Shown here: positions 8,889 through 19,078 of the stretch, piece after piece
Layout of the letters: each line of letters starts with the position of its first letter
How positions within the stretch are numbered: the stretch's first letter is position 1
Source of the DNA: Candidatus Multivoradales bacterium
GTDB lineage: Bacteria; Acidobacteriota; Thermoanaerobaculia; Multivoradales; Multivoraceae
Assembly (NCBI GenBank): GCA_965223325.1
Contig: CBDCWI010000001.1
Span: 1,312,001 to 1,376,000, forward strand
Direction of reading: 5' to 3'
Length of the DNA: 64,000 bases
The notes under the pieces: generated by a model
Told to the model about the DNA's origin: nothing
Databases searched by the model: none
What the model saw: the letters and a program-made list of their open reading frames with translations, nothing else
Made by a program: the position numbers and the translations under genes

Positions 8889-10856
8889 ATGAGAGATCAC
8901 CGCCCACAGCGACCTCCTGGCAAGAACGAGCACCCTTCTCCCGCGACCGGCCGAGCGATACGCGCGATCGCACGCCTGGTGCTCCTCCTGGCGCTCGGGA
9001 TGGCAACGACGACCAGCGCAACGGTTCCTCCCGCCACCGACTGGCAGCGGCTCGACACACCGCATTTCAGCTTTCTCTCCGACGCTTCACCCGCAGTGCT
9101 CGAGAGGTTGGCGATCGATCTCGAGACTCTCCATCAGGCCTTCTCCGAGCTCCAACCAGGAGGTGCACGGCCGGTACCACAAACGACGATCTTCGCCTTT
9201 CGTAACGACGCCTCGTTCACCCCCTTCAAGTCACTCGACAATTCCGGACGTCCCGCGCGCATCAAGGGCTACTACCTCGAGCAACCTTTCGGCGCCTACC
9301 TGGCGATCAACGGCGATCCGCGGTCAGAACCACGCGAAACGCTGCTCCATGAGTACCTCCACGGGTTCGTTGAGAACTCGCTGCCTGGCATGCCGCTGTG
9401 GGTCAACGAAGGTCTGGCGGAGTTCTACAGCACCTTCCGGGTGCGTCCGGACGGCGTGGCCGAAATCGGTCAGCCTGACCACGACTGGGTCGAGGTCCTC
9501 CGTCGCAGCGAGCTCCTGCCGCTCGAGACCATGCTCGACGCTGACCGCCACTCGGATCTCTACCGCGGCGGCAGCCACAGCGACGGTGAGCGCAGGCTGT
9601 TCTACGCCCAATCCTGGCTGATGATGCACTGGGTACTCGCCGGCGAGGTCGATCGCCAGTTCCAACTCGCCGCCTACCTCAACGAGGTCGAACAAGGCAG
9701 CTCGACCCTCGATGCCTTCGAAACCGCCTTCGAACTCGATTGGCGTACCTTCGACATCGAGCTCGAGGACTACGTCCGTGTCGGCCGCTTCCGATTCTTC
9801 GAGCGCCCTACGGAACGCTCAGCCACCGATGGTTTCACCTGGCAGCGTCCTCCGCGCGACGATGTACTCACCGCACTCGGGTTTCTGTTGACCTTCCAAC
9901 GCGGTAGCCGCAGTACCGAGGCGCGCGAACTCTTCGAGGCCGCGCTCGGCTTTGACTTCACCAACCCCCATGCAATCGCTGGCCTCGGTTTGCTGGCCGA
10001 ACGCTCCGGCAACCAGGACGACGCGCTCTCGCGATACCGCGACGCAGCGCGAAAGGCGCCTGCCGAACCGACCATCCAGTTCCTGCTCGGGCAGCTCCTG
10101 GTGCGCGACACCGCGCGCCTCGCCGAGGCATCGCCGGGGACCTATCTCGCCGATGATCCCGGCCTGCTCGAAGGCCGTCGAGCCCTCCAGCTGGCCGTGC
10201 GCGGTGAGCCCGAGCTGGCGCAAGCGTGGGCAGCTCTGGGACTGTCGTGGATGTTTGCCGAACCCGCCGACGAGCGCGGTCTCGAGGCGCTCGGGCGCGC
10301 CTGGGAGCTGGCGCCGGGCGACACGGCCGTCCTACATCACCTGGCCGTGCTTTCCGCTCGTCTCGACCGCTATCAGGAAGCCCGTTCGTGGACCGAGGGC
10401 TATCAGGCCAGGATCGCCGAGCCGGAAGTGCTCAGAAGAACTCGCAAGGCCGTAGCGCTCACGATGCTCAAACGCGGGGTGGCGCTGGGTCGCCCTCCCG
10501 ACCAGAACGCTGTGGCCGACCTTCACGACCCCGTCGCCGATGAGCGACTCGAAACCGCGGTCACCGTCATTCAGCTGGCGCTCGCGGGCGTCCCCGATCT
10601 CGACCTGCGCGACGAGCTACGGCCCGAGGCCTCGCGCATCCAAGTCGCCCTCGAGCATGACCGGCTGAGCGAGCGCTACCGCGCTGCGGTCACAGCCGCC
10701 AACGGTGGCGAACGCCGTGCCGCGAACGCCGAGCTGCGCGACGTGCTCGAGCGCATTGACGAGCTCGAGGACGATCATGGCGGCCAGACGCCTCTCGACG
10801 TTCTGGAGGGGCTGACCGAAGCGGTTCGGGAAGCTGTCGAGGCGACCAACCGCTGA
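8889..10856 (+). CDS. Secreted gluzincin-type (DUF1570/peptidase MA-like) protein with TPR repeats
   Basis: Signal peptide, LLHEYLH...WVNEGLAEF, FYAQSW, then helical TPR-like repeats. Start uncertain. Confidence 0.8.
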   Translation: MRDHRPQRPPGKNEHPSPATGRAIRAIARLVLLLALGMATTTSATVPPATDWQRLDTPHFSFLSDASPAVLERLAIDLETLHQAFSELQPGGARPVPQTTIFAFRNDASFTPFKSLDNSGRPARIKGYYLEQPFGAYLAINGDPRSEPRETLLHEYLHGFVENSLPGMPLWVNEGLAEFYSTFRVRPDGVAEIGQPDHDWVEVLRRSELLPLETMLDADRHSDLYRGGSHSDGERRLFYAQSWLMMHWVLAGEVDRQFQLAAYLNEVEQGSSTLDAFETAFELDWRTFDIELEDYVRVGRFRFFERPTERSATDGFTWQRPPRDDVLTALGFLLTFQRGSRSTEARELFEAALGFDFTNPHAIAGLGLLAERSGNQDDALSRYRDAARKAPAEPTIQFLLGQLLVRDTARLAEASPGTYLADDPGLLEGRRALQLAVRGEPELAQAWAALGLSWMFAEPADERGLEALGRAWELAPGDTAVLHHLAVLSARLDRYQEARSWTEGYQARIAEPEVLRRTRKAVALTMLKRGVALGRPPDQNAVADLHDPVADERLETAVTVIQLALAGVPDLDLRDELRPEASRIQVALEHDRLSERYRAAVTAANGGERRAANAELRDVLERIDELEDDHGGQTPLDVLEGLTEAVREAVEATNR

Positions 10857-11051
10857 TTCTTGGGTAACGGAGAGCCGCCTCAGCCTCGTGGGACGTCTGC
10901 CAACGGGCTGCTAGTGTCCGGCACTCACCATGCGCACCGAGAGCTATGCAAGGGCCTGTGCCGGCGGAGTAAGATCAGCCGAAACGCGTCCCCTCGATTC
11001 CAAAGCAGGGCCCTCAGCTGGCCCGCCGACACGCCACCGGAGAGCCTCCCG

Positions 11052-11624
11052 ATGTCCGACAACGATACTTTCCGCGCCCGCGAGAAAGCTCTCGAAGATC
11101 TGTTCTTCGACAAACAGAATCGCGAACTCATCGAGCGCCATCGTGAAGAGCGCAAGCACCTCGAAGAACGGGCCGCTCTCGAGCAGGCGACGGGCATCGA
11201 AGACGAGCAGGTGCTCGACGACATGCTGAGTATCAATGTCACCGCCGAGTCGCTGTCGGCCCTGCGCCTATACCCGATGGTGGTTGTCGCCTGGGCCGAC
11301 AAATCAATGGACGAGCGCGAACGGCGGGCGATTCTGCGCGCTGCGCACAAGAGCGGAATCGACGAGGGCAGCGCCGCCGCCGAGCTGCTCACCTCGTGGA
11401 TGCTCCACCAGCCCGGAGAAGAGGTTCACACCGCCTGGTGTGAGTTCATCGAGAGCTTGCGCGGCGCCCTCAGCCCCGAGGCCTTCGAGACCCTGCGCAA
11501 GCAGATCTTCCTCCAGGTTCGCGACGTCTCCGAGGCAGCCGGCGGTTTTCTCGGACTGGCATCGATCTCGGCTGCCGAGGAGGTGGCGATCTCGGACCTC
11601 GAGAAGGTGTTCGAAGGCGGCTGA
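11052..11624 (+). CDS. Hypothetical protein with a TerB-like helical domain and a charged N-terminal helix
   Basis: VAWADKSMDERER and VSEAAGGFLGLASISAAEE resemble TerB-like proteins; N-terminus MSDNDTFRAREKALEDLFF. Confidence 0.7.
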   Translation: MSDNDTFRAREKALEDLFFDKQNRELIERHREERKHLEERAALEQATGIEDEQVLDDMLSINVTAESLSALRLYPMVVVAWADKSMDERERRAILRAAHKSGIDEGSAAAELLTSWMLHQPGEEVHTAWCEFIESLRGALSPEAFETLRKQIFLQVRDVSEAAGGFLGLASISAAEEVAISDLEKVFEGG

Positions 11625-11820
11625 CCACCCCGAGGGGGGATTCTCCGTATGACGCGGTGGTCCAGGATCACCTTCGGTACACTCCCCCTTCAACACCAGC
11701 AACCGACCGCAACGCGCCCGGTGGGAATCGGAGGCGCAGGCTCGCCTGCGTTCGAAACTCCGCTCGCATGCCCGAGCGAACGCGTCGGATGGCACAACTA
11801 CTGGGAACCAGGGGGGCGTC

Positions 11821-12582
11821 ATGAAGGACCTGTTTGACCTCAGCGGGAAGGTGGCGATCGTCACCGGCTCGAGTAAAGGAATTGGCCGAGCGATTGCCGA
11901 GGGAATGGCTGCGCACGGCGCTCGGGTCGTCATCTCCAGCCGCAAGGGTGATCTCTGCGAAGAAGTCGCAAGCGGTATTCGAAACGAGGGCTTCGAAGCC
12001 ATCGCCATTCCCTGCAACATTTCACACAAGGAACAGCTCGAGCACCTGGTCTCGCAGACCCGCGAGCAGCTCGGGGCGATCGACATCCTGGTCTGCAACG
12101 CTGCCGTCAACCCCTACTATGGCGGCTCGCTCGAGTGCCCCGACTCGGCCTTCGACAAGGTGATGGACGTCAACATCAAGAGCAACCACTGGCTGTGCCA
12201 GCTGGTCATGCCGGAGATGGTCGAGCGAAAGGACGGCGCAGTCATCATCGTGTCGTCGATCGGCGGGCTCAACGGCAGCCCGGTCCTCGGGGCGTACTGC
12301 ATCTCGAAGGCCGCCGACATGCAACTGGCCCGCAACCTGGCGGTCGAGTACGGCCCCCACAACATCCGCGTCAACTGCATTGCACCGGGCCTCGTCAAGA
12401 CCGACTTCGCCCGCGCCCTGTGGGAGAACCCCGACCTCGCCGAAGCGCGCGAACGAGACACTCCGCTGCGGCGGCTCGGTGAGCCCGAAGACCTCGCCGG
12501 TATCGCGATCTACCTCGCGTCACGGGCCGGCGCGTGGACGACCGGACAGACGTTCGTGGTCGATGGCGGAGTGTGCGCCTGA
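11821..12582 (+). CDS. Classical SDR oxidoreductase
   Basis: TGSSKGIG, CNAA, YCISK catalytic motif, NCIAPG. Confidence 0.95.
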   Translation: MKDLFDLSGKVAIVTGSSKGIGRAIAEGMAAHGARVVISSRKGDLCEEVASGIRNEGFEAIAIPCNISHKEQLEHLVSQTREQLGAIDILVCNAAVNPYYGGSLECPDSAFDKVMDVNIKSNHWLCQLVMPEMVERKDGAVIIVSSIGGLNGSPVLGAYCISKAADMQLARNLAVEYGPHNIRVNCIAPGLVKTDFARALWENPDLAEARERDTPLRRLGEPEDLAGIAIYLASRAGAWTTGQTFVVDGGVCA

Positions 12583-12594
12583 CGGACGCCCGCT

Positions 12595-12639
12595 AGGCCC
12601 CAGCGCTGGCTCCCCACCGGGGGCTGCCGGCTGGGGCCT
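12595..12639. other. GC-rich intergenic hairpin (possible terminator or mRNA stabiliser)
   Basis: AGGCCCCAGC...GCTGGGGCCT inverted repeat just after the SDR stop; no U-tract. Confidence 0.4.
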
Positions 12640-12668
12640 GCGGTCGCTGCCCGCTCTACACCGTCGTC

Positions 12669-14453
12669 ATGTCAAGCCGGGGGAAAGCCAATGCCGAGCC
12701 AGAGCGGCGCGAGCGTGGCCTCTATCGTCTGGCCCTGGGAGTCCCATTGGCGCTCTTGGCTGCCGGGGTCCTCTTGACGACCAGGCCACAGGTCTGGCCC
12801 GGACCGTTCGGTGACGAGGCCACTTACCTCATGGCGGCCGAGAGCCTGGCCTTCGACTTCGACTTTCGCTATACCCAGGCCGACCGGAGCCGATACGTCG
12901 AGCGCAACGGTCATCAGCCAGAAGGGCTGATCCTGCAGAGCCCCGACGGCGGCAAGCGCCTGATCTATGCCAAGCCGGTGGTCTACCCACTGGCCATCGC
13001 ACCGTTCGTGCGCCTGGGTGGAGTCCGTGGCGCGCTGTTCGCCAACTTTCTCTTCCTGGTGCTCGCCGGCTGGCTGGCGGCGAAACGCCTGGAGCGACGG
13101 CTGGGAGAGGCGGCGTGGCCGCTGGTCTCGGTCGCGATCTTCGCTTCGGTGATGTTCGCCCATGTCTTCTGGATCCATGCCGACCTCTTCTATGCCTGCC
13201 TGGTTGCGATTGGCCTGGCTCTTTCGCTCGACCGCGAACGCACCGACGGAGACCAGCCGGAAGTGACGTTCGTCTCGCGCCTCGGCGTTGCCTGTCTTAT
13301 CCTGGTGGCCTTTGCGCGACCGTTCTACGCCACGCTTCTTCTCGCTCCCTTCCTCTTCGCACTCGGGCGCGGGCGCTCGCCGCGCACCCTTTTTGCCCCT
13401 GCGCTGGTCGTGCTCGCCGCGCTGGTGACCTGGAACATTCTGGTGCGCGAGAACTGGACCAGCTACTCGGGAGAGCGCCAGGGCTATTACCAGCACACCG
13501 GCTTCCCCGGCGATACCAACGCCGCCACTTGGAACGAGCGACTGGAGGCACGAGGAGCGAACCGCTGGGGAGCTTCGGAAGCGCTGCGTCAGGGCTTCGA
13601 CCTGCGGCAGTTCGCCTGGAACTTGATCTATCTACCCCTCGGGCAAACCGTCGGTCTCCTGCCCTACTTCATGCCCGGTCTGCTCTGTTTGCTCCTGCTG
13701 CGCTCCGGCGAGGTTCGAGTCACCCTGGTCGTCCTGGTTCTAGCGGCGACCCTGGCATTCGTGATCGTGCGCCCGTTCAATTTCTGGGGCGGCGGTGGCT
13801 CGATGGGAAACCGCTACTTTCTGCCGCTCTACCCGGCGCTGTGGTTCACGGTCGGCGCCATCGCGAACGGCCGCCGCGTGCTCCTGGCGAGCGGCGCGAC
13901 GGCCCTGGCGGCGAGCCTCTTCCTTTTCCCGACCTGGCTGCGCCCCGACGCCTACCCTCGCTCAGACGAAGGCGGCTACCCGTGGGTTTCGGGGTTCGCA
14001 CGCATGCTGCTCCCCTATGAGACGACCCAGAGCCATCTCAAGCCGGCGGGGCGCGAAGACTTCCTTCACGGCGCCTTGTGGATCAAACCCCTGCGACCCG
14101 GAACCCGCCCGGCCCAGGAGAACGATCAGGGAAGCCCAATCGTCTGGAACAAGCAGAAGCCGGGGCGTCTCCTGGTCGGTTCCCGACATCCGCTCGAGCA
14201 GCTCGTGTTGCGCTTGAGCGAGGCCGACGTCGGCCTTCGCGGCGGCCGCGTGATCGAGCGCCAGGCAGCGCAAGACGGCGCCGAGCAGGTCACGCTGGAG
14301 CCCAGGGTGCGAGCTAAGCACCCCATGTGGTGGACTGCCGATGACCTGTTTCTGTACTCGATTGGCTTCACCCACCGTTCTGACAGCGATCTCGAATCGC
14401 TCACCGTCTACATCACGCCGCACGAAGCACAGGCCGAGGGAGCACCTCTGTGA
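12669..14453 (+). CDS. Polytopic membrane protein, putative GT-C-fold glycosyltransferase
   Basis: DE motif in the first extracytoplasmic loop (GDEATY), many TM helices, late GGGGSMGNRYFLP motif. Confidence 0.65.
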   Translation: MSSRGKANAEPERRERGLYRLALGVPLALLAAGVLLTTRPQVWPGPFGDEATYLMAAESLAFDFDFRYTQADRSRYVERNGHQPEGLILQSPDGGKRLIYAKPVVYPLAIAPFVRLGGVRGALFANFLFLVLAGWLAAKRLERRLGEAAWPLVSVAIFASVMFAHVFWIHADLFYACLVAIGLALSLDRERTDGDQPEVTFVSRLGVACLILVAFARPFYATLLLAPFLFALGRGRSPRTLFAPALVVLAALVTWNILVRENWTSYSGERQGYYQHTGFPGDTNAATWNERLEARGANRWGASEALRQGFDLRQFAWNLIYLPLGQTVGLLPYFMPGLLCLLLLRSGEVRVTLVVLVLAATLAFVIVRPFNFWGGGGSMGNRYFLPLYPALWFTVGAIANGRRVLLASGATALAASLFLFPTWLRPDAYPRSDEGGYPWVSGFARMLLPYETTQSHLKPAGREDFLHGALWIKPLRPGTRPAQENDQGSPIVWNKQKPGRLLVGSRHPLEQLVLRLSEADVGLRGGRVIERQAAQDGAEQVTLEPRVRAKHPMWWTADDLFLYSIGFTHRSDSDLESLTVYITPHEAQAEGAPL

Positions 14454-16384
14454 CAATGCACGGCAGAGTCGACACCAGCCATGCCGGGGCGGGCAGGCTC
14501 ACCGGCATCCTGCGTGCCGCCGCGGGCATCAGCCTGGTCGGAGGTGCCTACGGTGCCACCATTTCGCTCCTGCATCTCGTCCACAACCGGACCACCAGCC
14601 CGGTCGACGCAGTCATGGTTCTCGTCGTCATGCTGGTGCTCTATACCGGCTGGACGGTGGCTGTGCTGCTCCCATGCGCGCTCCTGGTGAGCTGGTGGCA
14701 GCGACGCACCCCGCCGGCGGCGCTTCGAGAGGATCACCCCGACGCCCCGAGCGAGCGCGCAACGGAACACTCCGGAGAACCCAGCGGCGCGATCGAGGTC
14801 CGCGCACCGCTCGAACTGCCGGGCCTCTTTCTCGGGCTCCTGGTGTTTCACCTCATGTTCTGGTTACCGGTTTTCCTGTACGGAATCACCTACGAGCAGA
14901 CGTTCGTCTTTCGGCCGCGAGGGTTCGCCGGCATGCTCACCTGGCTCGTCCTCGCGGCCGGTGTCGTGGTAGCGCTTGCCCTCGGCCTCTCCGGCTTGAC
15001 CCAGCGCTTTGTCACCCGGGTGGTCGACGGTTCGGTTCGCAACCGGGCGCTGGTATGGATCGGCGTCGGGGCACTGTTTGTGATCCACTTGGCGGCACCC
15101 CTTCTCTATCGCTCGGCTGAAGCTTCTGAGTCTGCCCGCCAAGTAGCGGCCGTAGCTGAGGACGCGTTGGCCGCTGACGCCCGCGACTTTCGAGTCGTCC
15201 TGGTAGGTCTCGATGGAGCCGACCCAGAGGTCATCGAGCGGCTCGTTGGAGAGGGCCGCCTGCCAACGTTCGAGCGCTTGATCCGCGACGGTTCTTGGGG
15301 GCCGCTCACCACGCTCCCCGACGCCAACTCGGCGGTCATCTGGGCGTCGATCTACACCGGCGCTACACCAGAAGAGCACCGTGTCTCGGATTTCTACCGC
15401 ATCCATTTGCCTGGGGTCGAGGTTCCGATCTACCCGGTCCACCGCACCTTCTTCAAGGAGTTTGTTGGTTGGCTCGAGAAGCTCGGCATCGCACGGCGCA
15501 GCGTCATCACCCGCGCCGAGCTAGCCCGCCCACCCCTATGGGAGATCGTCGACCAGACCAACGTGACCTGGGGAATCGTCGATGGCTACCTGTACTCCTT
15601 CCCGGCCTTCGAACCGAGAAAAGCCACCCCTGGCCCTCTTTCGCCGGAGTTCTTTGTCGCGTATGGGGCCGATGGGTGGGCCCGCCAGAAGAGCGTGGGC
15701 GAGCTCTCACTCGACCAGCTGCGCTGGTTCGTGCAACCAAAGGAGCTCTACCCCCTTCTCGAAGAAGCGCTACCCGAGCCCGATTTCACCTGGCAGTCGC
15801 AATCGCTCCTCCGGCTGCTCGCACGTCCTGTCGATCCGCCGCAACTGATTTCGCTCTATACGCACGAACCCGACTCGGTCCAGCACGAGACCTGGAACGG
15901 CTTCGAGCCCGAGAAGTACGCCCGCCCTGGAGATGATGGCGAAGCGATCGCCGCAATGCACGAGCGTTTCGATACGTTCCTCGCCGAACTCATCGCCACC
16001 ATGGGACCTGATACCGCCCTGATGGTGGTCTCCGACCATGGCCACGCGGCGACCGTCGTGCACGACAAGGCCACCCAGCACCGCCATGGCCCGCCGGGTA
16101 TCGCGCTCTTCTGGGGCAAGCCGTTCCGCTCCGGGTACACTCTCGAAACCGCCCACGTCTACGACGTTTTCCCGACGGTCCTGCACCTCCTGGGCCTGCC
16201 AACCGCTCGCGATAGCGCCGGCCGGGTCCTCGAATCCGCGCTTAGTCCCGGCTTTCTCAACCGTCATCCGGAGCGTAGAGTCGACTCGTGGCGATCCACC
16301 GCCCGCGACACGGCGGGCGGCTTTCGCAGCGAACTCCTCGACCGCGAGGAAATCCAAAAACTCAAACGCCTCGGCTACTTGTAG
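14450..16384 (+). CDS. Membrane-anchored alkaline phosphatase superfamily (phosphodiesterase/sulfatase-like) protein
   Basis: About five N-terminal TMs, VGLDGAD, WASIYTG, EPDSVQH, VSDHGH, C-terminal LKRLGYL. Confidence 0.85.
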   Translation: MTMHGRVDTSHAGAGRLTGILRAAAGISLVGGAYGATISLLHLVHNRTTSPVDAVMVLVVMLVLYTGWTVAVLLPCALLVSWWQRRTPPAALREDHPDAPSERATEHSGEPSGAIEVRAPLELPGLFLGLLVFHLMFWLPVFLYGITYEQTFVFRPRGFAGMLTWLVLAAGVVVALALGLSGLTQRFVTRVVDGSVRNRALVWIGVGALFVIHLAAPLLYRSAEASESARQVAAVAEDALAADARDFRVVLVGLDGADPEVIERLVGEGRLPTFERLIRDGSWGPLTTLPDANSAVIWASIYTGATPEEHRVSDFYRIHLPGVEVPIYPVHRTFFKEFVGWLEKLGIARRSVITRAELARPPLWEIVDQTNVTWGIVDGYLYSFPAFEPRKATPGPLSPEFFVAYGADGWARQKSVGELSLDQLRWFVQPKELYPLLEEALPEPDFTWQSQSLLRLLARPVDPPQLISLYTHEPDSVQHETWNGFEPEKYARPGDDGEAIAAMHERFDTFLAELIATMGPDTALMVVSDHGHAATVVHDKATQHRHGPPGIALFWGKPFRSGYTLETAHVYDVFPTVLHLLGLPTARDSAGRVLESALSPGFLNRHPERRVDSWRSTARDTAGGFRSELLDREEIQKLKRLGYL

Positions 16385-16437
16385 CGCCTCGTCAGGCAGG
16401 TCGGCTCGACCGCCCCTGACGAAAAGAGGAGCATTCA

Positions 16438-17229
16438 ATGCCCACATCTTCTGAAATCCCGGTCATTATCCTGTGCGGCGGACAGGGAACTCGCCTGCGC
16501 GAAGAAACGGAGTACCGCCCCAAACCAATGGTCGAGATCGGCCCTCACCCGATTCTCTGGCACATCATGAAGATCTACGCCCACCACGGCCTCGATCGCT
16601 TCGTGCTCTGCCTGGGTTACAAGGGGTGGGAGATCAAGCGCTACTTCATGCACTACGGCGAAATGTCCGGCGACTTCACGCTCGAGCTCGGAACTCAGAA
16701 GGCGCCAGTGTTTCACGAGCCCAAGCCACAAGAACACTGGTCGATCACCCTGGCCGAAACCGGCGCGATGACCGCCACCGGGGCACGGCTGAAGAAGGTG
16801 GCGCGCTACGTCGACTCCGACATCTTTTGTTTCACCTACGGCGACGCGGTGGCCAGTGTCGACATTTCGGCGCTGATCGAGTTCCACCGCCGCGAGGGTC
16901 GCCTCGCCACAGTCACCGGGGTTCGTCCTACGTCGCGCTACGGCGAAATGCGCACCGACGGCAGCCGGGTGACCGAGTTCCGCGAGAAACCGACGGCCGA
17001 GGGCGTCGTCTCCGGCGGCTTTTTCGTTCTCGACCGCAAGGTCTTCGACTACCTCAGTGACGACCAGAACCTGTTCTTCGAGCTCGACCCGCTGCGCAAC
17101 CTCGCACGCGACGGTCAGCTCTCGGTCTTTCTGCACGAAGGCTTCTGGCATCCCATGGACACCTACCGCGACTACCTTGCACTCAACGAGCAGTGGCAGG
17201 CGGGTGACGTGCCCTGGCGCTGCTGGTAG
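16438..17229 (+). CDS. rfbF: Glucose-1-phosphate cytidylyltransferase
   Basis: ILCGGQGTRLREETEYRPKPMVEIG, TYGD, HEGFWHPMDTYRD; GAGGAG RBS. Confidence 0.93.
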   Translation: MPTSSEIPVIILCGGQGTRLREETEYRPKPMVEIGPHPILWHIMKIYAHHGLDRFVLCLGYKGWEIKRYFMHYGEMSGDFTLELGTQKAPVFHEPKPQEHWSITLAETGAMTATGARLKKVARYVDSDIFCFTYGDAVASVDISALIEFHRREGRLATVTGVRPTSRYGEMRTDGSRVTEFREKPTAEGVVSGGFFVLDRKVFDYLSDDQNLFFELDPLRNLARDGQLSVFLHEGFWHPMDTYRDYLALNEQWQAGDVPWRCW

Positions 17230-17231
17230 AG

Positions 17232-18512
17232 ATGATGTCGACTGTGACCAGCTCTCCCGACAGTGATCTCGGAGAACGTCCCCAGCATCGGTGCAGGTTT
17301 TGCCAAGCGACGCTCGAGGTCTCGGTTCTCGACCTCGGAAGTTCGCCGCTCGCTAACTCCTATCTCGAGCCGCGGGATCTCGACGAGCCAGAATCGTTCT
17401 ACCCGCTTTGCGTCTACCTGTGTGAGAACTGTTGGCTGGCGCAACTACCAGCAGTCACAACGGCGGAGGCGATCTTTAGCGACTACGCCTACTTCTCCTC
17501 CTTCTCCGACAGCTGGCTGGCGCACGCCAAACAGTTCGTCGAGCGCGTGACACGCCGTCTCAATCTGGGCACAGACAGTCTGGTCGTCGAAGTCGCCAGT
17601 AACGACGGCTACCTTCTCCAGTATGCCCAGGAGCTCGGCCTGCGCGTCCTTGGCATCGAACCGGCGCAAAACGTTGCCGTCGCGGCACGTGAGAAGGGAA
17701 TCGAGACGATCGCTCGCTTCTTCGGGGCAGAGCTCGGAGAAGAGCTCGCCGAGCAGGGCATCCAGGCCGACCTGATGGTCTCGAACAATGTGCTTGCACA
17801 CGTCCCCGACCTCAACGACTTCGTGGCTGGGTTCACACACCTCCTGGCTCCCGATGGCGTCTGGACGATCGAAGTGCCTCACCTGCTGCGACTGCTCGAC
17901 GAAACCCAGTTCGACACCATCTATCACGAGCACTTTTCCTACTTCTCGCTGCATTCGGCGAGTACGGTCCTCGATGCCCACGGCCTGGCGGTGTTCGATG
18001 TCGAGGAGCTACCGACCCACGGCGGCAGCCTGCGCCTCTGGGTCAAGCACGCCAGCAACCGGGACCGCCCGGTCGAGTCTGCGGTTGAACGACTGCTCGA
18101 AGAAGAGGCCGCGGCAGGTCTCCTGGGCCTCGATGCCTACGCCTCGTTCGAGAGTCGAGTGCAGGCGATCAAGTGCGACCTCCTGCGGTTTCTCATCGAC
18201 GCCCAGGAGCGCAACGAACAAGTGGTGGCGTACGGCGCGCCAGCGAAAGGCAATACGCTTCTCAACTACTGCGGAATCGGCCCAGATCTGGTGACCTACA
18301 CGGTCGACAGGAGCCCCCACAAACAGGGCCGGTATCTGCCTGGAACCCGCATCCCGATCCACGCCCCGGACAAGATCCGCCAGACGCGACCCGCCTGGGT
18401 GCTCATTCTCCCCTGGAACCTCGAAGCTGAGATCCGCCAGCAGATGGCAGACATCGAAGACTGGGGCGGGCGCTTCGTAGTGCCAGTACCCATCGTTCGC
18501 GTTCTCGATTGA
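17232..18512 (+). CDS. NDP-hexose C-methyltransferase (Zn-binding N-terminus, class I SAM)
   Basis: CRFC...CENC, EVASNDG, FDTIYHEHFSYFS, THGGSLR, YGAPAKGNTLLNYCG. Confidence 0.92.
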   Translation: MMSTVTSSPDSDLGERPQHRCRFCQATLEVSVLDLGSSPLANSYLEPRDLDEPESFYPLCVYLCENCWLAQLPAVTTAEAIFSDYAYFSSFSDSWLAHAKQFVERVTRRLNLGTDSLVVEVASNDGYLLQYAQELGLRVLGIEPAQNVAVAAREKGIETIARFFGAELGEELAEQGIQADLMVSNNVLAHVPDLNDFVAGFTHLLAPDGVWTIEVPHLLRLLDETQFDTIYHEHFSYFSLHSASTVLDAHGLAVFDVEELPTHGGSLRLWVKHASNRDRPVESAVERLLEEEAAAGLLGLDAYASFESRVQAIKCDLLRFLIDAQERNEQVVAYGAPAKGNTLLNYCGIGPDLVTYTVDRSPHKQGRYLPGTRIPIHAPDKIRQTRPAWVLILPWNLEAEIRQQMADIEDWGGRFVVPVPIVRVLD

Positions 18513-18529
18513 AAGCCGCCTCAGACCTC

Positions 18530-19075
18530 ATGAGATTCGAAAAAACACCGCTCGCGGGCTGCTTCGAGATCGAGATCGAGCCGCACAGCGACGATCGTGG
18601 CTTCTTTGCCCGCACCTGGTGTCGTGATGAGTTGGCGGAGCATGGCCTGACGGCAGAACTCGCGCAGTGCTCGGTGTCCTACAACAAGGCGCGTGGAACG
18701 TTGCGCGGCCTCCATCTGCAGGTCGCACCCCACTCCGAGGCCAAGCTGGTGCGCTGCTCTAGCGGTGCTTTGTGGGACGTGGTCGTCGACCTGCGCCGCG
18801 GCTCGCCAACTGCCGGCCGCTGGCACGCGACCGAACTCAACGCTCGGCGACGAAACCAGCTCTTCGTTCCCGAGGGTTGTGCGCACGGCTTCCTGACTCT
18901 TGAAGACGACACCGAGGTCGAATACCTGATCTCGGTCCCCTACGCCCCAGACTCGCAACGCGGCTTTCGTTTCGACGACCCGACTCTCGGGATCACCTGG
19001 CCGGAGAAGCCACGGGTCATCTCTGACCGCGATCGAGAACTGCCGTTGTGGAACGGCACCCTCCTCGAGACCTAG
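18530..19075 (+). CDS. rfbC: dTDP-4-dehydrorhamnose 3,5-epimerase family
   Basis: DDRGFFAR, GTLRGLHLQ, KLVRC, DLRRGSPT, GCAHGFLTL. Confidence 0.92.
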   Translation: MRFEKTPLAGCFEIEIEPHSDDRGFFARTWCRDELAEHGLTAELAQCSVSYNKARGTLRGLHLQVAPHSEAKLVRCSSGALWDVVVDLRRGSPTAGRWHATELNARRRNQLFVPEGCAHGFLTLEDDTEVEYLISVPYAPDSQRGFRFDDPTLGITWPEKPRVISDRDRELPLWNGTLLET

Positions 19076-19078
19076 AAA

